DNA of 64,000 bases, from contig OX597838.1 of the NCBI GenBank assembly GCA_951406725.2, positions 12,710,001-12,774,000 of the forward strand, written 5' to 3'. Below are positions 51,135 to 62,830 of this stretch, in pieces (position 1 is the first letter of the stretch; each line of letters starts with the position of its first letter). The position numbers and the translations under genes were made by a program. The notes under the pieces were generated by a model. It did not search any database. It was not told the origin of the DNA and saw only the letters and a program-made list of their open reading frames with translations. This DNA is from Octopus vulgaris. Taxonomy: Eukaryota.

Positions 51135-53588
51135 ATGTGAACAAAAAATCGACAACTGACTCTGCATCAGAAAAAGAGGATTTAAACGGTAACTCATTGG
51201 TCATCAGCAAGATACAATCAAACACAACTACTGATGCTGGACGAAATCAAGAGTTACAAACAGAGGGAATGGGGAAAGAACTGGACCAGAAGAGCTGCAA
51301 GCCAGCTGATTCGCAAGACTCTGCACAGAAGTCTCGCAAGGGCCGCAAAGGTCCTATAGTCTATGCTGAAGATATTCCAGATTATAGAGGAAAAGAGAAG
51401 ATAGAGGATCTCTTGAACTTCATTGGGAAAAGCCCAAACAATGACACTTTGAGCAAGGACAAAAAAAAGAAAAGTAAGAAAAAAGGCCTCCAAGGCCGTT
51501 CTTGCCGTTCGAGTGCAGAAAATAAGGATGAAAAAATCGAATTGTTGGAGTCTGATTCAACAGATCTTTATCCAGCCAAATCTTCCTCTTTGGATAAAGT
51601 ATGTTGCAACTGCAATAACTCTGAGATTGATGACTGCCTCGGTGATGACAATGGTCAGGCTGATAATAGCATTGTTCTGAATCCGGAATATTCCTCTCCT
51701 AATTCTGCTGAGCCCTTTATTCTTGTGGAGAAGAAAAACAAGAAACGGTTGAATGCAAACCTGAACCGACCGAATAAATTTGCGCCCAAGTCCCCCTACC
51801 GAAACCGAAAGCTAAGCTCGTCAGTCATGCATCCCCACCAGCCTCACTGTAATGAAAAAACTGAGTTAGACTCTTCATATTCTGATTTAGAAGGTTCCTA
51901 TAAAGCACGTCGCAACTCAACTGGCAACGTCCACATGCAGATGTCTACGGTGCAAAGTATAACTACAGAGGATAGTGATAATGAAAGTTGGACATCTTTA
52001 CCGATTTCTCAGGTTTCTCAGGGAATCCAATTAATTAATGAAAATAGTTACCCAATTTCCTATGCGAAGATAGCTGCTTTGAGCTTGCCTTTGTCAAACT
52101 CTCAGTCATTGAATCGTAATGTCCCATGTTCTGTGTCTAAAACTGGAGAAAATGTTCCTGGGTGCAAAGAGACTAGTGCTGTTGTTAAAACCAACAGCAT
52201 CAGTGTAATTAAAGACAATCAAGTTAGGCGTACCTCAAATGGCAATGAGCAGAGTTGTTGTGGAAGTGACATAAGCACTGAGAATAGTGATAATAGTGCT
52301 AATTATTTATTGAAAGACAATGATAATTATTTAGATAGGAGGCATTCGGTTGGGGAGTGCATAGCTGACGGTACTTCAGTGAAAGAGCCCAAGGCTACTA
52401 CCTCCACTCCAAAGAACCTACATCATGACAAGGGCCAAAAAGAGAATAAAAATGAGACCAAGGAACAAGATATTTCATTTTGTGATCATAAAACATCATC
52501 TATATATAAAAATATAGTTTCTGGTCTGTGTCTTAGCTCAACAGAAAACGGGGAGGAGAATTTTAATTTGTCACTTAATAATCTAAATAAAGCCAAGAAC
52601 TTTAATAAAAGCAAACTAGTTTCTCATCACTCCCTTGTACAACAACAACAGCACCAACAACAACAGCAGCAGCAGTGTAATATTTACGTTAATAACAGTA
52701 ATACAAAATGTAATATGACAGATATTCTTGCTGTGAAATTTATCAATCCAAGAGATAAGAAGCACAATGACAAACAATATAAGATAACTTTTGGTTTTTT
52801 CTATGATCCAGACAATAAAAATGGTAGAAATACGACTGGAAGTGACACCATTATTGATGGTAGCAGCTGTCCTCTCTCTTCAGAACTTCCTACTTCATTG
52901 CCTGCCGAGCCCTTTTTGCCCAAGCAGGTATCAAACAATAAAGATGAAGACCACAAGAAGTTAGAGGACAGAGCTGCAAAACCTGGGTGTAAAGAAGGCA
53001 ACGGTGTTTTGAAATCATCTCATATTAATAATAATAATAATAATAATAAAACAAATCCTGGTGACGAGGTTACGGGCAAAACCCCTCAACTTCCCGACGC
53101 AAACTGTGATTCAACTGAGAAGACTGTAAAAAATACTGAAGCTGTCAAATGTGTTAGCAAATTAAATGGAGTTGTTGTTCCCACCAACAAAAATTCTTTA
53201 GAAACCCATTCACTTCGAACAAATGAAACACCCGAGAGTGCCGCCATTTCAACTAGCTCCTCTCTACCAAACACAAGCAATTCCAAAACTGTGAGTCCCA
53301 CTGCAGTCGATGACGAAAGACCCCACGGTTTGTCCAACATTCAGGGAAACAACAACAACCTCCACCACCATCACACAAGCAATAAAAAAACAATCCCCGA
53401 CAGTAAATGCGGGGGAAATAACGGGGACAGTACAGTAAGGTCCTTGCAGGATAGCTTACAATTCATAGCCCTTTCGTATGGGGATAAAATCGAAAAGGAC
53501 AATAAACAAAAGGTGATACATTTCCGGAGTGATGTGGCTGATACCCAGCTCTTCAACCAACAGGAAATTTTATCCTATCTTAGCAATG
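51135..53588 (+). CDS. Large internal coding exon (818 codons) of an uncharacterised S/N/K-rich, mostly disordered protein
   Basis: Stop-free 2.6-kb ORF in unique sequence; branch-like gctaat, T-tract and GCAG acceptor ending at 51134; donor G|GTAAAT at 53589; phase 1 at both ends; poly-Q and poly-N runs. Confidence 0.88.
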
Positions 53589-53776
53589 GTAAATATAGGT
53601 TTTTTTCTTTTTTTTTAAACTTTTTTGTCTCTGTTTCTCATAAATAACCAAATTATTTTACTATTCAGATTGTCAGAATAAATGTTACCTTGATTAACCC
53701 TTTTCGTATATTAACCTGCCTCCCAGACTGCTTCTAGTTCTAAGGCAGAAAAACATCTGCTTTAAATTTTCAGCAT

Positions 53777-54005
53777 TTATCCCTTTAGTGTTCGCATTAT
53801 TCTACCAAAATTAATCCTTTTTCATCCACTTTGTTTTGAACTAATCATGCATTATCTTGTAGCTTTGAGATTTCGATGAGGTAGCTGTTAATTTTTAAAA
53901 CGATATTGTAGGGTTGGTGTGAGAGACCAGATCTGGCCAGTTTGAACATAAAACAGGCAGAATACTTCTGGCCGGATATGGCCGGTTTAAATGCTAAAGG
54001 GTTAA
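53777..54005 (-). mobile_element. TTAA-MITE family F nested in an older family F copy (53762-54150)
   Basis: ttatCCCTTTAG...CTAAAGGGttaa; flanks rejoin as cagcat-TTAA-accagccaaatctggcc, the start of family F. Confidence 0.82.
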
Positions 54006-54272
54006 ACCAGCCAAATCTGGCCAAAGTAATCTGTTTTATGTTAAACTGGTCAGATCTAGCTTCTCACACCTACCCTATAATGTCATTCTAATCATAAACA
54101 ATCACATCGTCAAAGCTATGAAATAATGCATGATTAATTCAAACTGTAAAAGATCAGGTAAAAATTTCAAATGGGTGAATGTCTTCCACTCAATCTTTGA
54201 ATTCTTTTTTTTTTTCAGTGGAAGTTCATTTTGTTGCGAACGTTCAGATCAGATCAGGTCAAATCCTTCCAT

Positions 54273-54309
<37 letters not shown>

Positions 54310-55050
54310 TAGATGTTTGGATAATGCATCAATCCTGTCACTCTCACTCACCTGTTTGAGTGAAGACAAATTACTCAGTTATTTAAAAAAAAAAAAAACC
54401 TAATTCTGATTTATCTTTGCCCACCACTGGTTCAATGAAATATATTTTAGTGTTTTGCTTTGTTTTTTGTTTTTTTGCCCTTCTCATTGTTATCACCTGT
54501 TAACGAGCTTATACAATTTTGTGTGTGTGTGTTTATATATAAAATGCACACATGTGTGCATATACACATATTCTTGCAGGTGTAGCTGTGTGATTAAGCT
54601 TATTTCCCAACCATGTGGTCTTGGGTTCAATCCTACTGCACAGTACCTTGATGAAGTGTCTTCTTCTATAGCCCCAATCCAGCCAAAACCTTGTGAGTGG
54701 ATTTGGTTGGTGGAAACTGAAAGAAGCCTGTCACGTGTGTTTGGGTGTACACCCTTGTGAAGACATGTGATGCTGGTAAATGAGCATCATCATCATCATA
54801 CAAGCAAGGTTGTTTGTTTCCAATCTTCTGTGAAAATCGATCTGGTCATGGTGAAATATCCTAGTTGGAAACAAACCTATTGACAAAAGTCTATAACAAA
54901 TGGAATGACAAACCTTTTATGGAGAACATTTTTGTAGCCAGAAGTGTAAGCACTTTCATTATACAGTATGAAAACTTCCTTCCAAAAAGTTCATGTCAAT
55001 CTCTTTTGTAAGATATTTTTCAAGAAAATCCTTTAAATATTGTAACAACA

Positions 55051-55259
55051 TCTCTTTACTCTCTACTCTTTTTCTTGTTTCAGTCATTTGACTGCGGCCA
55101 TGCTGGAGCACCGCCTTTAGTCGAGCAACTCGACCCCGGGACTTATTCTTTTGTAAGCCCAGTACTTATTCTATCGGTCTCTTTTGCCGAACCGCTAAGT
55201 GACGGGGACGTAAACACTCCAGCATCGGTTGTCAAGCAATGCTAGGGGGACAAACACAT

Positions 55260-55291
<32 letters not shown>

Positions 55292-55473
55292 TTATATATA
55301 CACATATATATGACAGGCTTCTTTCAGTTTCCGTCTACCAAATCCACTCACAAGGCATTGGTTGGCCCGGGGCTATAGTAGAAGACACTTGCCCAAGGTG
55401 CCACGCAGTGGGACTGAACCCGGAATCATGTGGTTGGTTAGCAAGCTACTTACCACACATCCACTCCTGCGCC
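55051..55473 (-). mobile_element. SINE family A copy
   Basis: Full-length reverse-complement match. Confidence 0.92.
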
Positions 55474-56266
55474 TATTATTTTTTTACAAAAACTTAAAAT
55501 GAGTGTGTGTGTGTAAATACACACAAATACAGCTCTGCATACCTATCAGCAAATGTGGTCAGTTGCCAGAGTCATTAAGGCATCAGATAGAATGTGTAAA
55601 TATTTTCCTGAGGTTCACTTAGCCTTTCATCGTTTCAAGGTTGATAAAAAAAGAAAAAAAACAGTACCAACCTACTACAGGTGTAGTCCTCTCCCTCTGG
55701 CCATCATAGCCTGAATATTTCACTAAACAGTAGGTAGAATGGCCAAGACAGAGCATCAGTGTCTACTCACAGTTACATCCATGGATATTTATAGCCATTA
55801 GTAGAAGCATGGTACATGCTACTAAGTCTTGCTACGGGTTCAGTCCCACTATGTGGCACCTTTGGCAAGTGTCTACTATTATAGATCTGGGCTAACCAAA
55901 ACTTTGTGGGCGGATTTGATACACAGAAAGTGAAAGAAACCCATGGTGTGTGTGTGTGTGTGTGTACATTTTCTATGTTGGCTTATGTTTAGACGGGTTG
56001 ACATATTCTGGTGAGCCATGGGACTACATTATGTTCCATGTCAGCTTTGACGTGGTTTCTACAGCTGGATGCATTTCTTAATGCCAACCACTTTTGCACT
56101 GGGTGCTTTTTTTTTTTCATGCCAACAGCACTGGTGAGGTTGCTGAGCAACTCGCAAAACAAGAAAAAAGCCCTCGACTAAGTGGAAGGACTATTTGAAA
56201 TGTAGAGCGAGATGGTTTTTATGCCAGGGACAAATATAGGTGTCTTCCTATAGAGAAGATATGTGA

Positions 56267-56463
56267 CTATCTATCTATCTATCCGCTCAGTCGAAGTCGA
56301 CTCTTGGTTACTCGATGGATCAGTGTCCTCCAGTCAGTTCTATCCTGGGCCGCTTCTTTCAGATTGGCTATGTCCATTCCGGTATCACTCTTGATGGTGT
56401 CAAGCCAGCGGGTTCTTGGTCGGCCTCTTCCTCTCTTGCCACTGACCATTCCAAGCATGATGT
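56267..56463 (-). mobile_element. RTE-BovB-like LINE 3' end with (ATAG)n tail
   Basis: Minus translation IMLGMVSGKRGRGRPRTRWLDTIKSDTGMDIANLKEAAQDRTDWRTLIHRVTKSRLRLSG* follows the BovB-type C-terminus. Confidence 0.87.
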
Positions 56464-56545
56464 GTAGCTATCCTGCATTATATAAGGGTGAGAGTAGCTG
56501 GAAAGTGTGTCTCCTTGTTTCAAAGTGTCACTTATTCAAGGAGCA

Positions 56546-56745
56546 TCATTCATCGTTTAGCGTCCGCTTTCCATGCTGGCAGGGGTTAGACGGTTCAACT
56601 GGGGTCTGGGAAGCCAGAAGGCTGCACCAGGCCCAGTCCGATCTGGCAATGTTTCTACGGCTGGATGCCCTTCCTAACGCCAACCACTCCGTGAGTGTAG
56701 TGGGTGCTTTTTACGTGCCACCAGCACAGGTGCCAAACGAGGCTG
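56546..56745 (-). mobile_element. Family C copy
   Basis: Consensus match. Confidence 0.85.
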
Positions 56746-57440
56746 CATTAATTTTCAATATTCTGGCCATCAGGAAATATTACCTTGTTTGGAAACGGGT
56801 ATGAGTTGTTGACAGGAAGTGCATCCAGCTGTAGAAAATATGCAACAATAAATTCTGTCCAATTCGTGCAAACAGAAAAATGAACATTAAACCAATGGTG
56901 ATGATGATGATGATGATGGTGATATAATCAGTTGAAATTATAGTGTGCAGCAATCACCGCAGAGTGGTGATTCAGTCAGTATTATCATCATCATATTTGA
57001 CATTCCTTTCGCAGTACTACTATGGAATGAAAAAAAAAAAACCTGCATAACTGCACCAACACACCTCATGTATCCCTATTATTTGTGTAGCTTTCTGTGC
57101 AGTTTGTTAAGTCCCAGGTCAGTTCTTACTGGCTTGACCTGTAATAAAAGGAAAGTGTTCTAGACGTGACAAGCTGGGTTATTGTTTGTTTTGAGACATT
57201 GTATATCTAGCACTGTATTATTATCTAAGGTGTCCTTCCTTCCTGTAAAGAGAGTAGTAATGTGATTTGGCATTTTGTGCTATTTCTAGAAGTAAATTTT
57301 TATGATTGAAGTGGACTGCTTGCTTGTTTCAATCATTGGATTGCAGCCATGCTGAGATACTGCTTTGAAGAATTTATTCAAATAAATCGACCCCAAGAAT
57401 AAGTAGACTTTACAATAAGTCCATTTATTCTAGACTTGTC

Positions 57441-57656
57441 TTAACCCTTTCGTTACCAACCTGGCTGAAACCGGCTCTGGCTCTGAGTACAAAAGTCTTG
57501 TTTGAATAAGTTTTGAATTAAAATCTTCCACCAAACCTTAGTCACAATTTATGTTCCAAACACTAGCTTAATGATAACTAAGATATTTTACTAAATTCTT
57601 TGTTGTATCTAAAATAATTGAGAGAAACACAGCATCTCAAAATAAATACAGTAACA
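57441..57656 (-). mobile_element. TTAA-MITE family E with right end clipped
   Basis: TTAACCCTTTCGTTACC start; ends at gtaaca. Confidence 0.83.
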
Positions 57657-57970
57657 GTCTAGAATATTCTTTCTTAAAATATTTTAGACTTTAAGTCTAA
57701 TAATTCCCATCTTTGGCAAAGATAAAATAATTATGCCAAAGTGTTATTCTATCAACTCTTTTGCTAAACCTGCAGGGTTGTAAATAAACCAGTACCAGGT
57801 GTCACTGGACATGGACACACACACACACACACATACATTGTGACTTATCTAGATCACATGCTGGTTTAATGAGTCATGCTCATATCCATATTGTTTTTGG
57901 CGGCTTGAGGAGTCACCAGGTGAAGTAAATGAATTATAAACATTGGTGAATGGTAGTAATAGTAGTTTAA

Positions 57971-58204
57971 GGCGGCAAGCTGGCGGAAACGTTATCACGC
58001 CGGGCGAAATGCTTAGCTGTATTACGCCTGCCGTTACGTTCTGAGTTCGAATTTTGCCGAGGTCGGCTTTGCCTTTCATCCTTTCGTGCGCGATAAATTA
58101 AGTACCAGTTACGCACTGGGGTCGACATAATCGACTTAATCCGTTTGTCGGTCCTTGTTTGTCCTCTCTCTGTTTAGCCCCTTGTGGGTAGTAAAGAAAT
58201 AGGT
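57971..58204 (+). mobile_element. SINE family B copy
   Basis: Full-length match. Confidence 0.88.
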
Positions 58205-59246
58205 ATAAGGATGTTGTTGGTTATCTATTTGGTTGGAGCTTTTTTTTTTTTTTGTCTGTCTTCTAACTCAACACTCATATGTACACACATATATACACAC
58301 AACAGGCCTTGGTCAGCCCAGAGTTATAGAAGACGTTTGCCCAAGATGCCAACTGTGATGGCAATCTATTGTTGTGAGGGTGTTGAAGAATTTTGCTTAG
58401 AAGTCTGAAAATAGATGATGGATTCTCAGTGTTATATAATAATGTAATGTTAAAACTGCAAAATTATCTGGTCACCAGCTTTAGCACAAAGACTGCAGTG
58501 CTACTGTTTTTGTTTCAGTATATTTTGGTATTATTTTTTACGTTGATGTTTGAAATATATTAACATGAAATTTTGCTGGAAGGAAGGTTCTACTTTGTGA
58601 TTTTAAAACAGTTTGTATCATAAATCAGGGGTAGCTTCAGACAGCTTTTGAATAAGGACTCAATGAGTGAGATAAGGAAAAAACAGTTTTTTTTCAATGT
58701 TGTCAATGTGAAAATTTAACTTTATTTATTTATTTTTTTTTTTTTTTTTTTTTTTTCTGAAAGAAAGATTTAATGCTTCAGGAAGGGTGATTCTTCACCA
58801 TTAAAAAAGCTAATACATGAATTACAAGCGTGGAGGTGGGGGGGGGGGATAGATATATATATATGTGAGAAATAGCGGACACCTGATCATCACTGTCCAT
58901 CTCCTTGGGAATACCTTTAATTCATTCTCGCTCTCTCTTAAACGTAGGTAGGTATGTAACCCCACTACCCCAACCTTTTCCCCCTCATACTTTAGCCAGC
59001 ATCTAACATATGAACACTGCATCCTCCTTCTCTGGGTTTGTTAACTTGCAAGCTACACAGGGACCGCATTAGTGTCAGTGGTCCAAAAATAGCACCCAAT
59101 ACGCACTATAGTGGTTGGCATTAGGAAGGGTATCCAGCTATAGAAATCCTGACAAAACAGACATTTGAATATGATGCAGTCTTTCATTCATTGGATCCTT
59201 GTCAAATCATCCAACCTATGCCAGCATGGAATACAGACATTAAATG

Positions 59247-59282
<36 letters not shown>

Positions 59283-59425
59283 CACTTTTGGAATGGTTAG
59301 CGTTAGGAAGGGCATCAAGCTGTAGAAACATTGCTAGATCAGATTGGAGCTTGGTGCAGTGCCCAGTCAAACTGTCCAACCCATGCCAGCATGGAAAGCG
59401 GACATTGAATGATGATGATGATATA

Positions 59426-59470
59426 CTAGAAGAGATACCTGTCCTTGCTCGGGATTAAAATGGCATAGTT
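59426..59470 (-). mobile_element. Isolated Helitron 3' terminus
   Basis: Minus strand: hairpin tcccgagcaaggacaggt then CTAG|T; shares cttgctcgggattaaaatggcatagttt with 21295-21320. Confidence 0.6.
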
Positions 59471-59989
59471 TTTTTTTTAGTTTTAATTGTTTCAATTGTG
59501 ACTGTGGCCATTCTGGAGCACCGCCTTTGGTCAAAAAAATCGACTACAGTATTTATTTTTTGTAAGCCTAATACTTATTCTATCAGTGTCTTTTGTTGAA
59601 ACGCTGTTATGGGAACATAAACACAGCAACATCAGTTGTCAAGCAATGGTTGGGTACAAACACACACACACATTATACAAACATAAATACATATTGAAAG
59701 TAATAGAAATGAAACTAATATATTCAGATACATAATGAAAGTGAAATTGAAACCACATAATAGTGAAAGTATTAATAGAGATGCTATTGTTTCACTTTTG
59801 ACATGTGATACTGAAACAGTGTAAGAGATAAGAGATTGCTCTGGGCTTGCATTAGGTGTGAAGTCAAAGATTTTTTTGGCCCATGCCACTGCATGGACCC
59901 TAAATAAGGCATATGTAAAATTTGAATGGAATCTGTTGGGTAGTTCTCAAGTTTTAGTGATGCTCGACACATTCTCAGTTTTATATATA

Positions 59990-60470
59990 TCTACTACATA
60001 TGTGGAAACTCGGTGTGTTTGTTTGTGGCATTATTAGCTAACTCCTACATCGTTTTATTGATTTTGATGAAACTTGACACATGAGTAGAACTCGTGTCTG
60101 GAAACCTCGTGATGTATTTAGATTGTTGAAAAAAATCAATAATACGGCCCCTGGAAGGGACCTTTATATCTACCTCATATAACTATTTTTTTTTAAACAC
60201 CCAAGGGAAATAACTCATAGCACCTGTACAATATTTTTTTTTAAACACGGGAAATGACCCATTTCATTGTTTATGTTTGATTACTTTGAATATTGATTTT
60301 TTTTTTTGTGTGTCCTATTTCTAATTTTTGCAAACAATATCACTTTTATACTTTATTTAACATGTGAGTAGAATTCATGTCTGGAAATCTCATGACATAC
60401 TTAGATTGTTGAAAAAAATCGATAATAGGGCCCTTCTGATGGATCCTATCTATTTTACATGTTATTAATA
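59990..60470 (+). mobile_element. Possible non-autonomous Helitron-like element with internal ~70-bp direct repeat
   Basis: A|TCTACTACATA start; tgagtagaa.tc.tgtctggaaa..tagattgttgaaaaaaatc.ataat repeated at ~60080 and ~60362. Confidence 0.4.
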
Positions 60471-60559
60471 TTTTATTTAACCCTTTAGTGTTTAGATTTA
60501 CTCTGTTAAATGTAATACTTTTTCACTCAAATTGTTTTGAATTAATCATGCATTATCTA

Positions 60560-60600
<41 letters not shown>

Positions 60601-61239
60601 TAAAACAACCAGCACTGTCCACAAGTTTCAGTTGCTTAAAAGCTAAAGCTAGAATCTCTTTATAAGGTACCTCAAACTGCTAGAAATAGCAGCCTAATTT
60701 TCCTAAAAATCACACTGCCATTTTGAAGAAGAAACGTTTTGAATGCGATCTTAGATGTACTGTCTGAAACTAAGATGGAATTGTCATAGTTGGAATGCTG
60801 TTGGTCCTACTAGGTCTACTGGATCAGAGATGATAGGAAGCTGAATAACAACTGCTCTTTTCAAGACAAATTGTCTCTACGTTGATGAACAACTTGCTTG
60901 AAATAGAATCCAAATCATACAACACTAACTTAAAAAGGAAAGATATAAATATATATAAACATTTCTCTGTGTCATATAGATGTATAGATTTCTTATAAAT
61001 AGACAGGTGTGTGTGTGTGTACATATATATATATATATATTTACTCCTCCAGCTCTGCCACATGCCACTTTTAACTTAATACTGGTTTCAATATTTGGCA
61101 CAAGGGCAGCCGTTTTGGTAGACAAAAACTGAAAGAGGCCTGTCATGAGTGTTTGTCCCTTGACAATTGGTGATGGTTTGTTTGCATTCCCCGATACCTA
61201 GTAGTTTGACAAAAGAAACTGATAGAATAAGTACCAGGT

Positions 61240-61456
61240 TTAACCCTTAACTATTCAAACCATCCACATGCAGCCAAAATATTCTGTTTTATGTTCAAAG
61301 CAGTCAGATCCAGCCCCTTACAACTACCTTACGATGTCTGACCAAAAATAAACAACCACATTATGAAAATCTCCAAGCTACTAACGTATTAATTCAAAGC
61401 AATGTGAATAAATAAGCATTACATTTGACAGAATAATCTGAACGCTAAAGGGTTAG
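61240..61456 (+). mobile_element. TTAA-MITE family F
   Basis: ttaaccctt...gctaaagggttag. Confidence 0.78.
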
Positions 61457-61539
61457 AAAAAGTATATATACTGGGATCGATTCATTTGACTAGTCCAATG
61501 ACTGAAGCAAGTGAATGAGACACGCACACACACACACAA

Positions 61540-61770
61540 GTGAGCACATAAGTGCAAAATAAGGTGGAAGAAAAATAGTACTCAAATACCAAAGGTAGAG
61601 CAATGTACTTTTTATTAAAGCTGCAAAATTATCGCAGAGCTGTTACTCAGTTTCATATTCCCATTCATTGGACTGTTGTGTTAAACCTACAACTGTTCGA
61701 CGAACTGGAATTTGAAATTCTAAGTAACAGTTCTGTGATAATTTTGCAGCTTTAATAAAAAGTATATATA
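61540..61770. mobile_element. Second, more decayed Penelope-like inverted pseudo-LTR remnant with hammerhead-like arms
   Basis: Homologous to 24112-24362; plus arm AACTGT-TCGACGA-actggaattt-GAAA-ttctaag-TA-ACAGTT then AATAAA. Confidence 0.6.
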
Positions 61771-61964
61771 TATTTCTTTACTGCCCACAAGGGGCTAAAC
61801 ATAGAGAGGACAGACAAAGGGATTAAGTCGATTACATCGACCCCAGTGCGAAACTGGTATTTTATTTAATCGATTCCAAAAGGATGAAAGGGAAAGTCGA
61901 CCTCGGCGGAATTTGAACTCGGGGCGTAACAACAGACAAAATACCGCTAAGCATTTCGCCGCCT
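61771..61964 (-). mobile_element. SINE family B copy
   Basis: 15-bp TSD taaaaagtatatata (61756-61770, 61965-61979); deletion in the head. Confidence 0.87.
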
Positions 61965-61979
61965 TAAAAAGTATATATA

Positions 61980-62220
61980 CAGTGGTTGGACAAAATAATG
62001 GAAACACCTTAAAATATTAAATTTATTTTAATATGAGATAGAACCACCTTTGGCAGTAATTACAGCTTGAATTCTACAAGATATGGACTTGTACAAAGTT
62101 TGAATTGTTTCCAAAGGAATTTTTGTCCATTCTTCAGCTAAAACAGTCTCCAGTTCATGTGGTGATGACGATGGAGAATATTGACTCCTTACTTGTTTTT
62201 CTAAAATGCACCATAAATCC
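61980..62220 (-). mobile_element. Tc1-family transposon 3' remnant (TIR plus transposase C-terminus)
   Basis: TA|CAGTGGTTGGACAAAATAATGGAAACACC terminus; LWCILEKQVR...LAEEWTKIPLETIQTLYKSISCRIQAVITAKGGSISY* is the Tc1 C-terminal motif. Confidence 0.87.
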
Positions 62221-62283
62221 ACAGACACGTGCTCTTCAACAGCATGACATAGAATATGACAAGGTTGGTCCTTTGAAATGCAA

Positions 62284-62590
62284 ATCATCATCATCATCAT
62301 CATCGTTTAGCGTCCGTTTTCCATGCTAGCATGGGTTGGACGGTTCTACTGGGGTCTGTGAAGCCAGAAGGCTTCATCAGGCCCAGTCAAATCTGGCAGT
62401 GTTTCTACGGCTGGATGCCCTTCCTAACGCCAACCACTCCGTGAGTGTAGTGGGTGCTTTTTACGTGCCACCCGCACAGGTGCCAGACAGAGCTGGCAAA
62501 CGGCCACGAACGGATGGTGCTTTTTATGTGCCACCGGCACGAGGGCCAGGCGAGGCTGGCAACGGACACGAACGGATGGTGCTTTTTACG
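62284..62590 (-). mobile_element. Family C copy with 2-3 VNTR units
   Basis: (CAT)n plus consensus. Confidence 0.87.
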
Positions 62591-62830
62591 TATCAGCTGA
62601 GTGGACTGGAGCAACGTGAAATAAAGTGTCTTGCTCAAGGACACAACATGCCACTTGGTATTGAACTCATGACCATATGTTCTTGAACCCACTACCCTAA
62701 TCACTAAATCAAGCCACTTGCTAATCAGTTTTAAGGATAAGCCAATAATAGAGCTTGCCCTGTTTGTTTATATTTTGAAAATGTACACATAGGCACAGGG
62801 GTAGCTGTGTGGTAAGCAGTTTGTTTCCCA

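Noticed and set aside
54219-54403. Next exon of the large gene after a T-tract/CAG acceptor
   Set aside because: The frame is compatible but runs through (GATCA)n and (CA)n repeats with no protein-like signal.
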